Below are positions 1 through 10,600 of a stretch of 64,000 nt of DNA, one piece after another. Location: assembly GCF_006345805.1 (NCBI RefSeq), contig NC_043005.1, positions 58,714,001-58,778,000 on the forward strand, read 5' to 3'. This DNA comes from Octopus sinensis (Eukaryota). The first letter of the stretch is position 1. Every line of letters starts with the position of its first letter. The notes beneath the pieces are model-generated. The model ran no database searches and had not been told where the DNA came from. It saw only the letters and a program-made list of their open reading frames with translations. Made by a program: the position numbers and the translations under genes.

Positions 1-180
1 TTTTGCTGCTTTCGTATTTGTACACAAGCTGCAGCATCCAATCCTCTGTACTAGATAAGTATCTGTTCATTGCTATTGTGGAGGTCTTATAGCACAGTTC
101 TACCTGTATCATTCCTCTACCCCAATTACTTCTAGGTAGTTACAGATGATCAACATCTGCTTTTGGGTGGTGTCTTATTA

Positions 181-818
181 TCATTATTATTATTATTTAC
201 TTTTAATCTGCATGTTTGTTACAATCACTCGCCGAGACACACCCAGTGTCCTTGCACAAGTGAAGGATTAGAGATGTTACCATATGACTGAAAGCTTAGG
301 GAGGACAAGTGACAGGGGCAGTAGCAAAATATCTTCATGTAATACAAGATATACATTTAAATTGATAGGGTTTTCCAAAGGATGTGGCCAGTACTTGTCA
401 GCACAATCTTTTATATTTCTCTGAGACATGGTTCTCCTGGGATCTTATCTAGCTGTTTCTGAGATCTCTTTCTTATCATTCCTAGGGCAGCCACAATAAC
501 AGGAACAGTTCTCGTTTTGAGATGCTACATCTTTTATATTTCAATTTCCAGGTCCTTATATTTATTTAACTTATGAAATTCCTTTACAGATATATTTTTA
601 TCAGTAGGAACACTTACATCCATTAGTCTATAAGTATTTTCTTCTCTGTCTTTAATGACTATGTCTGGTCGATTAGTCTGGAAAATCTCATAGGATACTA
701 ACATTTTTACTTTCAATGACTAACTCGGGATGATGTTCATACCAGTAAGCAGGAGTGCTGATTTTGTAGTGTTTACATATTTTCCAATATAGATACTGTC
801 CTACCCTATCATGGTGAT
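181..818 (-). mobile_element. 5'-truncated R4/Dong-clade non-LTR retrotransposon (RLE domain and 3' UTR)
   Basis: Minus-strand peptides HHDRVGQYLYWKICKHY...WYEH and TNRPDIVIKD...MDVSVPTDKNISVKEFHKLNKYKDLEIEI (PD..D..K restriction-like endonuclease); (TAA)n tail at ~181-197. Confidence 0.85.
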
Positions 819-1461
819 CCTCCTCCTCCTCCTCCTCCTTCTTCTTCCTCTTCTTCCTCCTCTTCTTCTCCTCTTCTTCCTCCTCTTCCTCATCTTCCTC
901 TTCCTCCTCTTCTTCCTCCTCTTCTTCCTCCTCTTCCTCATCTTCCTCTTCCTCCTCTTCCTCATCTTCCTCCTCCTCTTCCTCCACTTCTTCTTCTCCT
1001 TCCTCTTCCTCCTCCTCTTCTTCTCTTCTTCTTCTTCTTCTTCTTCTTCTTCTCCTTCCTCCTCTTCTTCTTCTTCTTCTTCTCCTTCCTCCTCTTCCTC
1101 CTCTTCTTCTTCTTCTTCTTCCTCCTCTTCTTCCTCCTCTTCTTCCTCCTCTTCTTCCTCCTCTTCCTCCTCTCCTCCTCTTCTCTTCCTCTCCTCTTCT
1201 TCCTCCTCCTTCTTCCTCCTCTTCTTCCTCCTCTTCCTCCTCCTTCTTCTTCCTCTTCCTCTTCCCCTTCTTCCCCTTCTTCCCCTTCTTCCTCCTCCTC
1301 CTCTTCTTCCTCTTCCCCTTCTTCCTCCTTCTTCCTCTCTTCCTCCTCCTCCTCCTCTTCCTCCTCTTCCTCCTTCCTCCTCCTCTCCTTCCTCTTCCCC
1401 TTCTTCCTCCTCTTCTTCCTCTTCTTCCTCTTCTTCCTCTTCCCCTTCTTCCCCTTCTTCC

Positions 1462-1496
<35 letters not shown>

Positions 1497-1626
1497 CCCC
1501 TCCTCTTCCTCCTCTTCCTCTTCCTCCTCTTCTTCTTCTTCTTCTTCCCCCTCCTCTTCCTCCTCTTCTTCTTCCTCTTCCTCCTCTTCTTCTTCTCCTT
1601 CCTCCTCCTCTTCCTCCTCTTCTTCC

Positions 1627-1658
<32 letters not shown>

Positions 1659-1726
1659 CTCTTCTTCTTCCTCCTCTTCTTCTTCTTCTTCTTCCTCCTC
1701 TTCTTCTTCTTCTTCTTCCCCCTCCT

Positions 1727-1757
<31 letters not shown>

Positions 1758-1884
1758 TTTCTTTTTCTTCTTCTTCTTCTTCTTCTACCTCCTCCTCCTT
1801 CCCTTCCTCCTCCTCCTCCTCCTCTTCTTCTTCTTCTCCTTCCTCCTCCTCCCTCCTCCTCTTCTTCCTCATCCTCCTCCTCAT
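817..1884. repeat. ~1.07 kb polypyrimidine/polypurine (CTT/CCT)n composite tract
   Basis: The plus strand is almost exclusively C and T; this tract generates the three long low-complexity ORFs. Confidence 0.97.
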
Positions 1885-2522
1885 CATCATTATTTTTATT
1901 ATTATTCAGTGGTCTTATTTTTATAACATGCTTCACTGCACTACTGAGCACAGCTCTGTGTGCCTTGGGTATGTGCTGTGGTTTGCTGTGATGCTCTTAT
2001 GTGTGCAGTGCCTAGTAGTACTATTTTCTATATGTTATATATATTTGTTAGTCCTGATGTTTTTGTAATGTATTCGTCTGAATATTTCTTAATCATACTT
2101 AATGCGCCTACTATGATAGGAATTGTTTCTGTTTTTAGACTCCACATTCTAGTTTCTTCTATTTCCAGGTCTTTGAATTTTGTAAGTTTCTCTATTTCTT
2201 TTAGAGAAACGTTGTCATCTGTTGGTATTGATACATTAATTAAAAAGCAATTTTTTTTCTTCATGATCTCTTGACAGCTATATCTGGCCTATTGGCCTTA
2301 ATTTCTCTGTCTGTGTTTATTGGCATATCCCAGAGTATAGTTGCTTTCTCAATTTCTGTGACCTTTTCCGGCGTATGCTTATACCATCTTTTTTCTGTTG
2401 TTATTCTATAGTGTTGGCATAGCTTCCAGTGTACGTAGGTCCCAACTCTGTTGTGTCGGTGAATATATTCATTCTTAACCAGGACTGGGCAGCCAGAGAC
2501 AATATGATTTATTCTGTAGTTA
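1885..2522 (-). mobile_element. 5'-truncated R4/Dong-clade LINE (CCHC end, RLE, 3' UTR)
   Basis: HIVSGCPVL...HRHNRVGTYVHW...ANRPDI and SIPTDDNVSLKEIEKLTKFKDLEIE...IVGAL; TAA tail at ~1885-1905 and a (CAA)(TAA)n tract at the 5' junction (2523-2610). Confidence 0.88.
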
Positions 2523-2535
2523 CTTGTTGTTGTTG

Positions 2536-2605
<70 letters not shown>

Positions 2606-2684
2606 CATTATTATGTGATATGTATTATTGCTGGTCTGTGCATGTGATATATTGGAATATAATGAAATATTATTTGTTTCTCAG

Positions 2685-2813
2685 GTGCCAATATTTCTGG
2701 ATGTTTTGGGAACATGCCACAGTGCTCAGGTCAAGCCATACTTCTTAGCATATAAACACATAAGAAGTTATCAGTACAAGGTCAGACAAGGTTTTGGAGC
2801 ATATCCACCTGAT
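2685..2813 (+). CDS. CFAP65: Coding exon of CFAP65-like gene (VPIFLDVLGTCHSAQVKPYFLAYKHIRSYQYKVRQGFGAYPPD)
   Basis: Acceptor tttgtttctcag|GTG, donor GAT|gtaagt, 129 nt, phase 0-0, no stop. The peptide matches my recollection of human CFAP65 (LFLDLIGTCHS..KP..L...H...Y......G...YPPD); not database-verified. Confidence 0.75.
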
Positions 2814-2904
2814 GTAAGTATCTATTTTTGTTAAATTGATTTTTTTTTGTTTGTCACGATAGATGACTACCATTTTTCTGGCTTACATGGCAATTTAATA
2901 GTTC

Positions 2905-3772
2905 ATATCATCATCATCATCATCATCATTGTTTAGCATCCACTTTACATGCTAGCATGGGTTAGACGATTTGACTAAGGTCTGGCAAACCAGATTGCTG
3001 CACCAGACTCCAATCTGATCTGGCAGAGTTTCTACGGCTAGATGCCCTTCCTAATGCCAAATAGTAGTGTAAAACTTAAAACATTGTCATTACCATTCCA
3101 AATCCTGCTGCATCACTTATAGTGATTTTGGTTCTCCAAAGTCATCTTAGTGCTTAAGTTGACCTACCTATTTTGACTGTAAGCTTTGATCTGAAAAATT
3201 CAACTTGTATGCCAGAAAATATGGTAGCCAGTTCCAAACTGAGAAGGGTGGGTGTAGAAGGGTGATAGCAGTGTGAGTAATTTCTATGCTTAATCTTTCC
3301 TGACCAGCATATCAACCCTCTGGAATTTTCTCACTGCTCATACCTTTCTTGCAGATGTTGACCTGCAAGTGTTTAAATGGGACATTACCAACATTTTTTG
3401 TTGTGCAAGACATTTGGTGACCCTATTGGTGCTAGTGCCACATAAAAAAGCACTGGTACTGGTGCCATGTAAAAAGACCACATGAAGACAACTAGTGATG
3501 GTACGTCATAAAAAGCAGCTGTACTAGTGCCATTTAAAAAGACAGTGCTGGTGCCACATGAAAAGTACTGATGTCAGTGCCACATAAAAAGTACCCATTG
3601 CACTTTGTAAAGTGGTTGGTGTTAGGAAGGGCATTCAGCTGTTGAAACCATGCCCAAACAGACAAAGGAACCTAGTGTGGCTCCTGGCCTTGCCAGCTCC
3701 TTTCAAACCATCCAGCCCATGCCAGCATGGAAAATGGACGTTAAATGATGATGATGATGATGATGATGATGA
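2905..3772. mobile_element. Two RTE-family 3' UTR fragments with (GAT)n tails (2905-3061 minus; ~3395-3772 plus)
   Basis: Shared motif ggatgcccttcctaa / catgctagcatggaaa..gacgttaaa(gat)n. The same sequence is attached to RTE ORF remnants at 38395-39120 and 49850-50944. Other copies lie near 10745-11105, 18880-19160, 19290-19570, 20430-20600, 23945-24210, 28510-28770, 30920-31210, 32635-32940, 48250-48400, 48620-48770 and 61380-61490. Confidence 0.75.
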
Positions 3773-5224
3773 AGAAGTTCATCAGTCTCAGAGGGCCTGC
3801 AATGGTCATGGGTACAGCTTCTTCTTTCAGAATTAGCAAGTTAAAAAAAAAAAAAAAACTAAAATGGTGAATTAATTAGATTGTTAGATGATAATTAATT
3901 AGATGATATACCTTCTGATATTTGGAATTTTTTTTTTTTTTTTGGCAGGTATTAATAAATTCTTTGTAGTAGATTTAATAATTAACCTATTTCCCGATTT
4001 CACAGCATCATATGACAGTGTGGTTGCCTCACCAGAGTTCACCTTGTTGCTTAGCATTTGAACTAGGAATCTGTCTGGTTAGAAGACAATGTTCTCTCTT
4101 TCTCACTTCCCGCCACGTACTTTTTTGAGGGCTCTGAAAAAAAATTAACAATCATGTGTACTGCCCATCTCTCTCTGACTAATTGGTAGAAAATAATGGA
4201 AAAACTGAGTGATTACATCTCATTCTTCTAGTAGAATGTTAGACTACCAAGATTGTAAATGCAATTTATTTACAAGAATCCACCAAAAATAAATAAGATC
4301 TTGCAATTCATGGAAGGTAAAAAAGATTTGAAAGAAACATTTAACTGTTCTTTGTCTCTACTTATTTATTCCTTCTTTTTCTTTTTTTTTTATTTTATTT
4401 TGTTTTATGTGTTCATTATTTTTGTATCGTATTTTATATACAGAATATCATGTGCCATTCTCAGACTGTCATAGGTTACTAGCATTGCAAGCATGCTTAA
4501 ATTGATTAAATAAATAAAGTAAAAAGAAATAGGGATGAAATTTTCAAGTGTTGAAGGAAAAAAGGAAAGGAAAATAATAAAAAAATTGAATATATATAAA
4601 TATATATATAACCAATACTTCATCCAAAGATTTTGTGTAATTCTGTTACTAAATTTGGTCTATTTCATTAACATCTCATACCTACATTTCTTATATTGGT
4701 TCGTTGTCATCATTTCTGTCTGGTGGCCATTTCTATTCAGCTGTTGAACATCATATGACAAATTATTGTTTTCTGACATTGCTAACAAGAAAAGCAATCA
4801 GACACATTCAGACAGGAAATTGCCATTCTCTCTGCTTGGTTTCTGCTGAAAATTAAAGAAAAAAAAAAAAAAAAGTCAGAAACAAACAAGACAAAAACAG
4901 CAAAAACAAAATTGAAATAAATATCTGAGATGGAATGAAATAAATCCTAAATGTATTAGATTCATTATTTTATTATTTATTGTCTATGTTTGTGCCGATG
5001 CTACAGGTTCCCAATGGAACAAGCACTGGTTCGTTGTATTCCTTATGGTGACTGTAGTGATAGAGTGTGTACAATTTGATGCAGAACAAATATTGCAAAG
5101 AATTTAATTTGAAAAGCATCCAGCATTTTGTTTACATGATCCTTTCATGAAAGACATATATACATACATATATATATACATAAACTTAAAGAAGCTTGTC
5201 ATCTATATTATATATGTTTCCTCT

Positions 5225-5480
5225 TCAAAGAGACAAAACCGACTCAAGGTAATGCTGAAAGCCAGTAGTGTTGAGCCGAAATCAGTTCAAATGCAAGCCT
5301 GAGACTATACCAAAGGGTAGTGTTCCATCACCACCAGAACCAAAATTCTTTGAAGCCACCAGAAGAGAAAAGAAGAAATTAAACAACAAGAGAGAAAGGC
5401 ACAGCAAAACCAGCCTTGTCCTCCACCAATAGCACTGCAGTCGTGCCATTGGCTCTTCTATGCAAGAATTGATCTAAAGA
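5225..5480 (+). mobile_element. Degenerate RTE LINE C-terminal fragment
   Basis: LKVMLKASSVEPKS...EIKQQERKAQQNQP..P...SCHWLFYARIDLKS, with stops and frameshifts; typical RTE ORF end. Confidence 0.5.
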
Positions 5481-5589
5481 GTTATCAATAGTATGAACCA
5501 TAAAGAGAGTGTTTAGCAAAGAAGAAAATAAATACTCAAATACAAGATAATATATATGTGTGTGTGTGTGTATTTTAAGATCGACAAAG

Positions 5590-5757
5590 ATCAGAACTTA
5601 ACTGCAGCTCTTGGTGGTCCAAATTGGATATGCGCTCTATGTGGATGTCTTTTCAAAACATTTTCTGGTTTAAAAAGCCACATCAGATGCCATGATGGAT
5701 CTAAGGCATAAATACAGGGGTAGGTGGTCAGACTCTGCATAAGGAGTAGACAACCAT

Positions 5758-5760
<3 letters not shown>
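5590..5760 (+). mobile_element. 3' end of zinc-finger-tailed RTE family
   Basis: LTAALGGPNWICALCGCLFKTFSGLKSHIRCH followed by a short UTR and (CA)n(TA)n; homologous to the reverse complement of 60135-60305. Confidence 0.7.
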
Positions 5761-5803
<43 letters not shown>

Positions 5804-6160
5804 TATATACACACATATATATATATACACACACATACATATATATGTATATATACGCACACATATCATATGTATATATATATATATGTATTGATATATA
5901 TAAATATATATATATACACACACATTCATATATACAAATGATATATATATACATATGTATATATGTACACATACCTGTATGCATATTAGCCGTGTAGGTA
6001 ATCTTTATATTCTTTTATTCTTTTATTTGTATCAGTCATCTGATTAGTCGAACAAATTGCCCCCAGGACTTATTTTAGTAAGCCTAGTACTAACTCTATC
6101 AGTCTCTTTTGTTGAACCACTAAGTTACAGGGATGTAAACATACCACCATCAGTTGTCAA

Positions 6161-6312
6161 GCATAAAAGTTCACAGTTCAACTTTCTGATGTTGTAGATA
6201 AAAGTCTATACGTCCTTAGGTGCAATCCTGTGTAGATCTGCACAGGATTGCACTTAAGGACTTATGGACTTATTTTAACAACATCAGAAAGTTGAAGTGT
6301 GAAATTTTATGC
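6161..6312. repeat. 152-bp loop-less palindrome (76-bp arms), MITE or fold-back like
   Basis: Arms align without gaps at 66/76, centred on AGA|TCT at 6236/6237. Confidence 0.9.
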
Positions 6313-6329
6313 TTCTTTTTTCTTCTATC

Positions 6330-6683
6330 TCTTCATCTCCCTATTCTTTACTCCTGTCCTGTATGTCATCATTTTATTGATCTATACCCTTCTTATTTTC
6401 CTATTTGTCTCTGATGACAGAATATCCAGTACTCTGGAATATCCCCAAAACAGCTGTAAGACTTTGAATTTTTTCCAATAATAATAATAATGTATATGAC
6501 TTGAGATGTTTACCTTGCCTTAACGTTTGTTGTCCTCTTTAACAATTATATATCCGCTATATCGGAAATCTGCAATGGCTCCATAACTAGCGTCTTGGCA
6601 ACAACCTTGGAGTAATCCGTTACAGCACTTACCTAGTGTACCTTACCGTTTAGATCACCTGTGAACTAAACCCCCATATTTTG

Positions 6684-6690
<7 letters not shown>
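6330..6690 (+). mobile_element. Penelope-like pseudo-LTR repeat carrying a hammerhead motif
   Basis: 6400-6550 is homologous to 56340-56475 in the same orientation, and 6552-6690 to 55820-55960 inverted. Contains the hammerhead at 6407-6462. Confidence 0.55.
6407..6462 (+). ncRNA. Type I hammerhead ribozyme motif with a core lesion (G12 to A)
   Basis: gtct CTGATGA [stem II tccag-tact-ctgga] aAAA CAGCTG TA agac. Stem I is gtct/agac and stem III is palindromic ACAGCUGU, but GAAA reads AAAA. Confidence 0.65.
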
Positions 6691-6724
<34 letters not shown>

Positions 6725-6745
6725 TATATATATATATATATATTC

Positions 6746-6785
<40 letters not shown>

Positions 6786-7080
6786 GAATGAGAAATGAAG
6801 AAAATGGATAAATTGATGTACAGACGTTATAACTTTACATACATTCAAATTCATGCTGAGAAATTCCTGCCTACAGCTGTTTCCACACCCAATCAATTCA
6901 ATTACAGAAATAAAATCCAAATTCCCATATTCAAAACCAGTCAATTGGGTATTTCTTCAGGGAGAATTTCTAAAAAGGAAGTTACTTTTCAATGTGTAGG
7001 CTAACCTACAACAAACTCAGATGTGTGTGTTTTCTTGAATGGAAGCATTCTTGAGAAAACCGTTGTTACCAGTTATTTAC

Positions 7081-7141
<61 letters not shown>

Positions 7142-7159
7142 CATATATATATATATATA

Positions 7160-7700
7160 TCAGTATCAAGTTAGAGGAGTTTAATACCTCTAAGGGATAA
7201 TTAAATTAATTAAATCCAGAGTTGCTCCTAGCTATTAGATGGGTAGGTACAGTCTTTTGAAAGATTGCACAGTAGCAAAGGGTTTGGTTGGTAAACCGGA
7301 GTTTAGGTTATATAAGAGAAGAAAATGGATACAATAACATGGGAAACTCATGGTTTATGCTGGCATGTCTTTAATTAAATAGGTAACAAAGAAGTAAGAA
7401 GCACAGATGAGGGTGGCATTTACCATCGTTTTGGTTTACTGGAGTAAGTAAATCTCTTCAGAATGCAAGTATAGTTAGATGCGTCGGTTAAGATGCGAAA
7501 ATGATTGATACGTATGTGATGGTAATGTAAACAAATTGGTAATTCTTACATTGAAATTTTGTTCTTGCACTGGTAAATTTGCTGGGTAGAGGTTGGCTTG
7601 TGGTAGATTGGTTAGTTTCATTGGGTAATTAGGGTGGGGTGAGTATTATTTAGGTGCGGGCTACCTCGTTTAATTAAGCACGTTAGAAAAAAATGTGCCT
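7160..7700 (-). mobile_element. Degenerate Penelope-like (GIY-YIG region) remnant
   Basis: Broken minus-strand peptide pieces YQCK.., NHFRI.., LLCNL.. and EVLNSS resemble the PLE endonuclease C-terminus; many stops. Confidence 0.35.
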
Positions 7701-7870
7701 GGGCATGGCTGTGTGGTTAGGGAGCTTGCTTCCTAGCTACATGGTTTCGGGTTCAGTCCCACTGCGTGGCACTTTGGGTAGGTGTCTTTCACTATAGCCC
7801 CGTGCTGACCGGAGCTTTGTGATTGAATTCGGTAGGTGGAAGTTGCTGCCGTGTGTGTATATGTTCGTTT
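7700..7870 (+). mobile_element. tRNA-derived SINE family 1, 5' half
   Basis: ggcatggctgtgtggttag...gggttcagtcccactgcgtggcac head (A/B-box like) followed by (TA)n. Confidence 0.8.
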
Positions 7871-7900
7871 AGCTGCTCAGTGCCTCTCCGAAAGAGAGAG

Positions 7901-7961
<61 letters not shown>

Positions 7962-8289
7962 AAAGAAAAGATACCACACTTGGAAAACAAGTAAGGGTTA
8001 GTGACAGGAGGGATATCCAACTGTAATACCTCAAATATATATTTGTCTAACCCATGGTCACATGGAATGATAGATATATAATGGTTGAACATGTTTTATG
8101 GAACAAACGAGAGGAACAGAATCCAATAAATGGATATTTATATGGATGTGTATGTACATATTTATGCATATATCTAATATATCTATTTACTTATTCCTCT
8201 ATGTGCACATGCATATGCATGAGTTCTCCATCATTAGTCCTTCTCTCTCTTTATCTTTCTCTTTGTCTCTCTCTCTCTCTCTCTCTATT

Positions 8290-8321
<32 letters not shown>

Positions 8322-8569
8322 TTATCCTCCAGCTCTTCAATGTGCCACAGAAAAAAAAAACCAACATTCAATATACACCCACCTACACACATATGCACAC
8401 ACATACATAGACATATGCACTCACACACACACACACACACACACACATGTATGTATGCATAGGAAGAGGAGATTGGAGGAGAGAGAGAAAGAGAGAGGTA
8501 AAGAAAGGGAAAGAGAAAGAGAGCAAGATTGAGAGATTTAAATATCTTACATCCTTAAATTGAATAGCA

Positions 8570-8623
<54 letters not shown>

Positions 8624-8814
8624 AGCTAAGAGGTAGGAAGTGGAAAAATGTCCTTGAGTCTGTAACAGCTCATAAGCTTATCTCAGCATAATGTTCCTGT
8701 CGCCACAATGCCTAGGTATATAATCCTGTTCAATAAAAAATTGTAATTGCTTTGCACATTACCTTGATCAACCAAAAGAAAAAAAAAGACATATATATAT
8801 ATACATATTATATA

Positions 8815-8875
<61 letters not shown>

Positions 8876-9495
8876 CACACAAGAACTTTGACTGACAACA
8901 AACAAAAACATACTTCTCTAGCTGTCCATCTGACAAAAAAAAATAAATAAATGAATGTGAAAAGAAAAACTGTCTGTTAAGAACTGAAGATAAGAGAGAA
9001 AAGTTTTAATCTCTCACCAAAAACTTTCTCTTACACTTCTCACAATTACTTAGCTTTCTTACTCACCTGTAAACTCTTATAGAAAGAAAAGCAGAAATCT
9101 TATAAAACCTCATACCTCAATAACTAATATGTTTTAACTTCTACCTTATATGTAACTCAAATGTTTACTCACTCAAGTGAATAATATATATATATATAGT
9201 ATGTAATATTATATAATGTATTTAATATAATATAATATAATATGATATAATATGGTATCGTATGATAAGACAGTGAGCTGTCAGAAGTGTTAGAACACTG
9301 GGCAAAATGCTTAGTGCTATTTCATTCCTCTTTGTTTTTCATGCTTTTGGGGTTGATAAAATAAGTACCTGCTGAGCACCAGGGTTGATGAAATCAACTT
9401 ACCCACCCCTCTGAAACTGATGGCTTTTTGCTAAAATTTGAAACCAATATGATATATTGTGATTCGAAGTGTGTAATATGATATATATCCATTTC

Positions 9496-9587
9496 GGCTG
9501 ATCTTACCAATTGGTTTCACACAAGCGGTTCAACGGAGTGTTAGGTAACAGTCTGGTTATGTAACCCTGTGCTCTTCAGAAGCAGCC
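9496..9587 (-). ncRNA. Type I hammerhead ribozyme with complete catalytic core
   Basis: Minus strand: ggctgctt CTGAAGA gcacagg...cttgtgt GAAA CCAATTG GTA agatcagcc. Stem II has 7 bp, stem III is the perfect palindrome ACCAATTGGT, the cleavage triplet is GUA, and stem I is ggctg/cagcc plus 2 bp with an internal loop. Confidence 0.75.
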
Positions 9588-9897
9588 ATTATGGAATAAA
9601 ATATTGTGGCTGCTCTCTATTGTTGGCACTGAATAGATACATCAAGTTTGTGGTTGCTATGAAAAAGATGATGAAATGAATCGCACAGGAGATTAAGTTA
9701 AGAGTTATGACCCTTGTTGTCAAAAACATCAACTCTGGGGGTGGTTCTGTTGCAAGTTGGTGAGACTTTTTAGGAAAAGAGTTTATGGGAAATGTGCGTA
9801 TCATATAATATATATGTACGTGTGTGTGTGTGTCTGTGTGTGTGTGTGTCTCTGTGTGTGTGTGTCTCTGTGTGTGTGTGTCTCTGTGTGTGTGTAC

Positions 9898-9935
<38 letters not shown>

Positions 9936-10314
9936 ACATGTGTCTTTGTCTTTCTGTTTGTCTCATCCACTGATTTTTCTTATGCCCAGTTTTTCTCTCA
10001 GTGCATTTGTACTTGGTGGGAAAGACCTTCATTGTTAGCAGTGGTAGAAGCTTCTTTAACTTTTCCTAATGTGTTTTTATACTTGCTACAATATTTTTAG
10101 AGTAGCCACCTCTCCTGTTAATTCCCAGACTCTCTTGTGTATATTTATCTCCACCTGGACAAAATGTCTGTTCACTACAAGATTACTTATTTTTGCAAAG
10201 TGAATGGACTAGAGCCATGTGAAATGAAGTGTTTTGCTCAAGAATACAATGCATTCCCCGGTCCAATGAGCCAAAACTTCAAAAGTCATTGTCACCACAC
10301 TTCTTGTAAAGGTG

Positions 10315-10600
10315 GCGGCACATGGCCTAGTGGTTAGAGCAGCAGACTCATGGTCGAGGGATGGTTGGGCGATGTGTGTGTTTATGAGTGAAACACCTAA
10401 GCTCCACATGGCTCTGGCAGAAGGCAATGGCGAACTTCTGCTAAATCTTTTGTCACAACTCTCTATCACTCTTTCCTCCTGCACCTTGCAGCTCACCTGA
10501 AACGGACTGGCGTCCCATCCAGGTGGGGAATCTATACACCAAGGAAACCGGGAAACGGGCACTTATGAGCCAGGCGTGGCTCAAGAAGGAACAAACAAAC
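10315..10600 (+). mobile_element. tRNA-derived SINE (V-domain-like body)
   Basis: Head tggcctagtggttagagcagcagactc, body ggactggcgtcccatccagg, (AAAC)n-like tail; related to 21052-21300 and 13105-13240. Confidence 0.7.

Noticed and set aside
688-1951. Three long ORFs (400, 371, 329 aa) rich in Arg/Glu/Gly, Ser/Leu/Pro or Lys
   Set aside because: They are translations of the CTT/CCT tract; only the last ~40 aa of 688..1890 are real (Dong LINE remnant).
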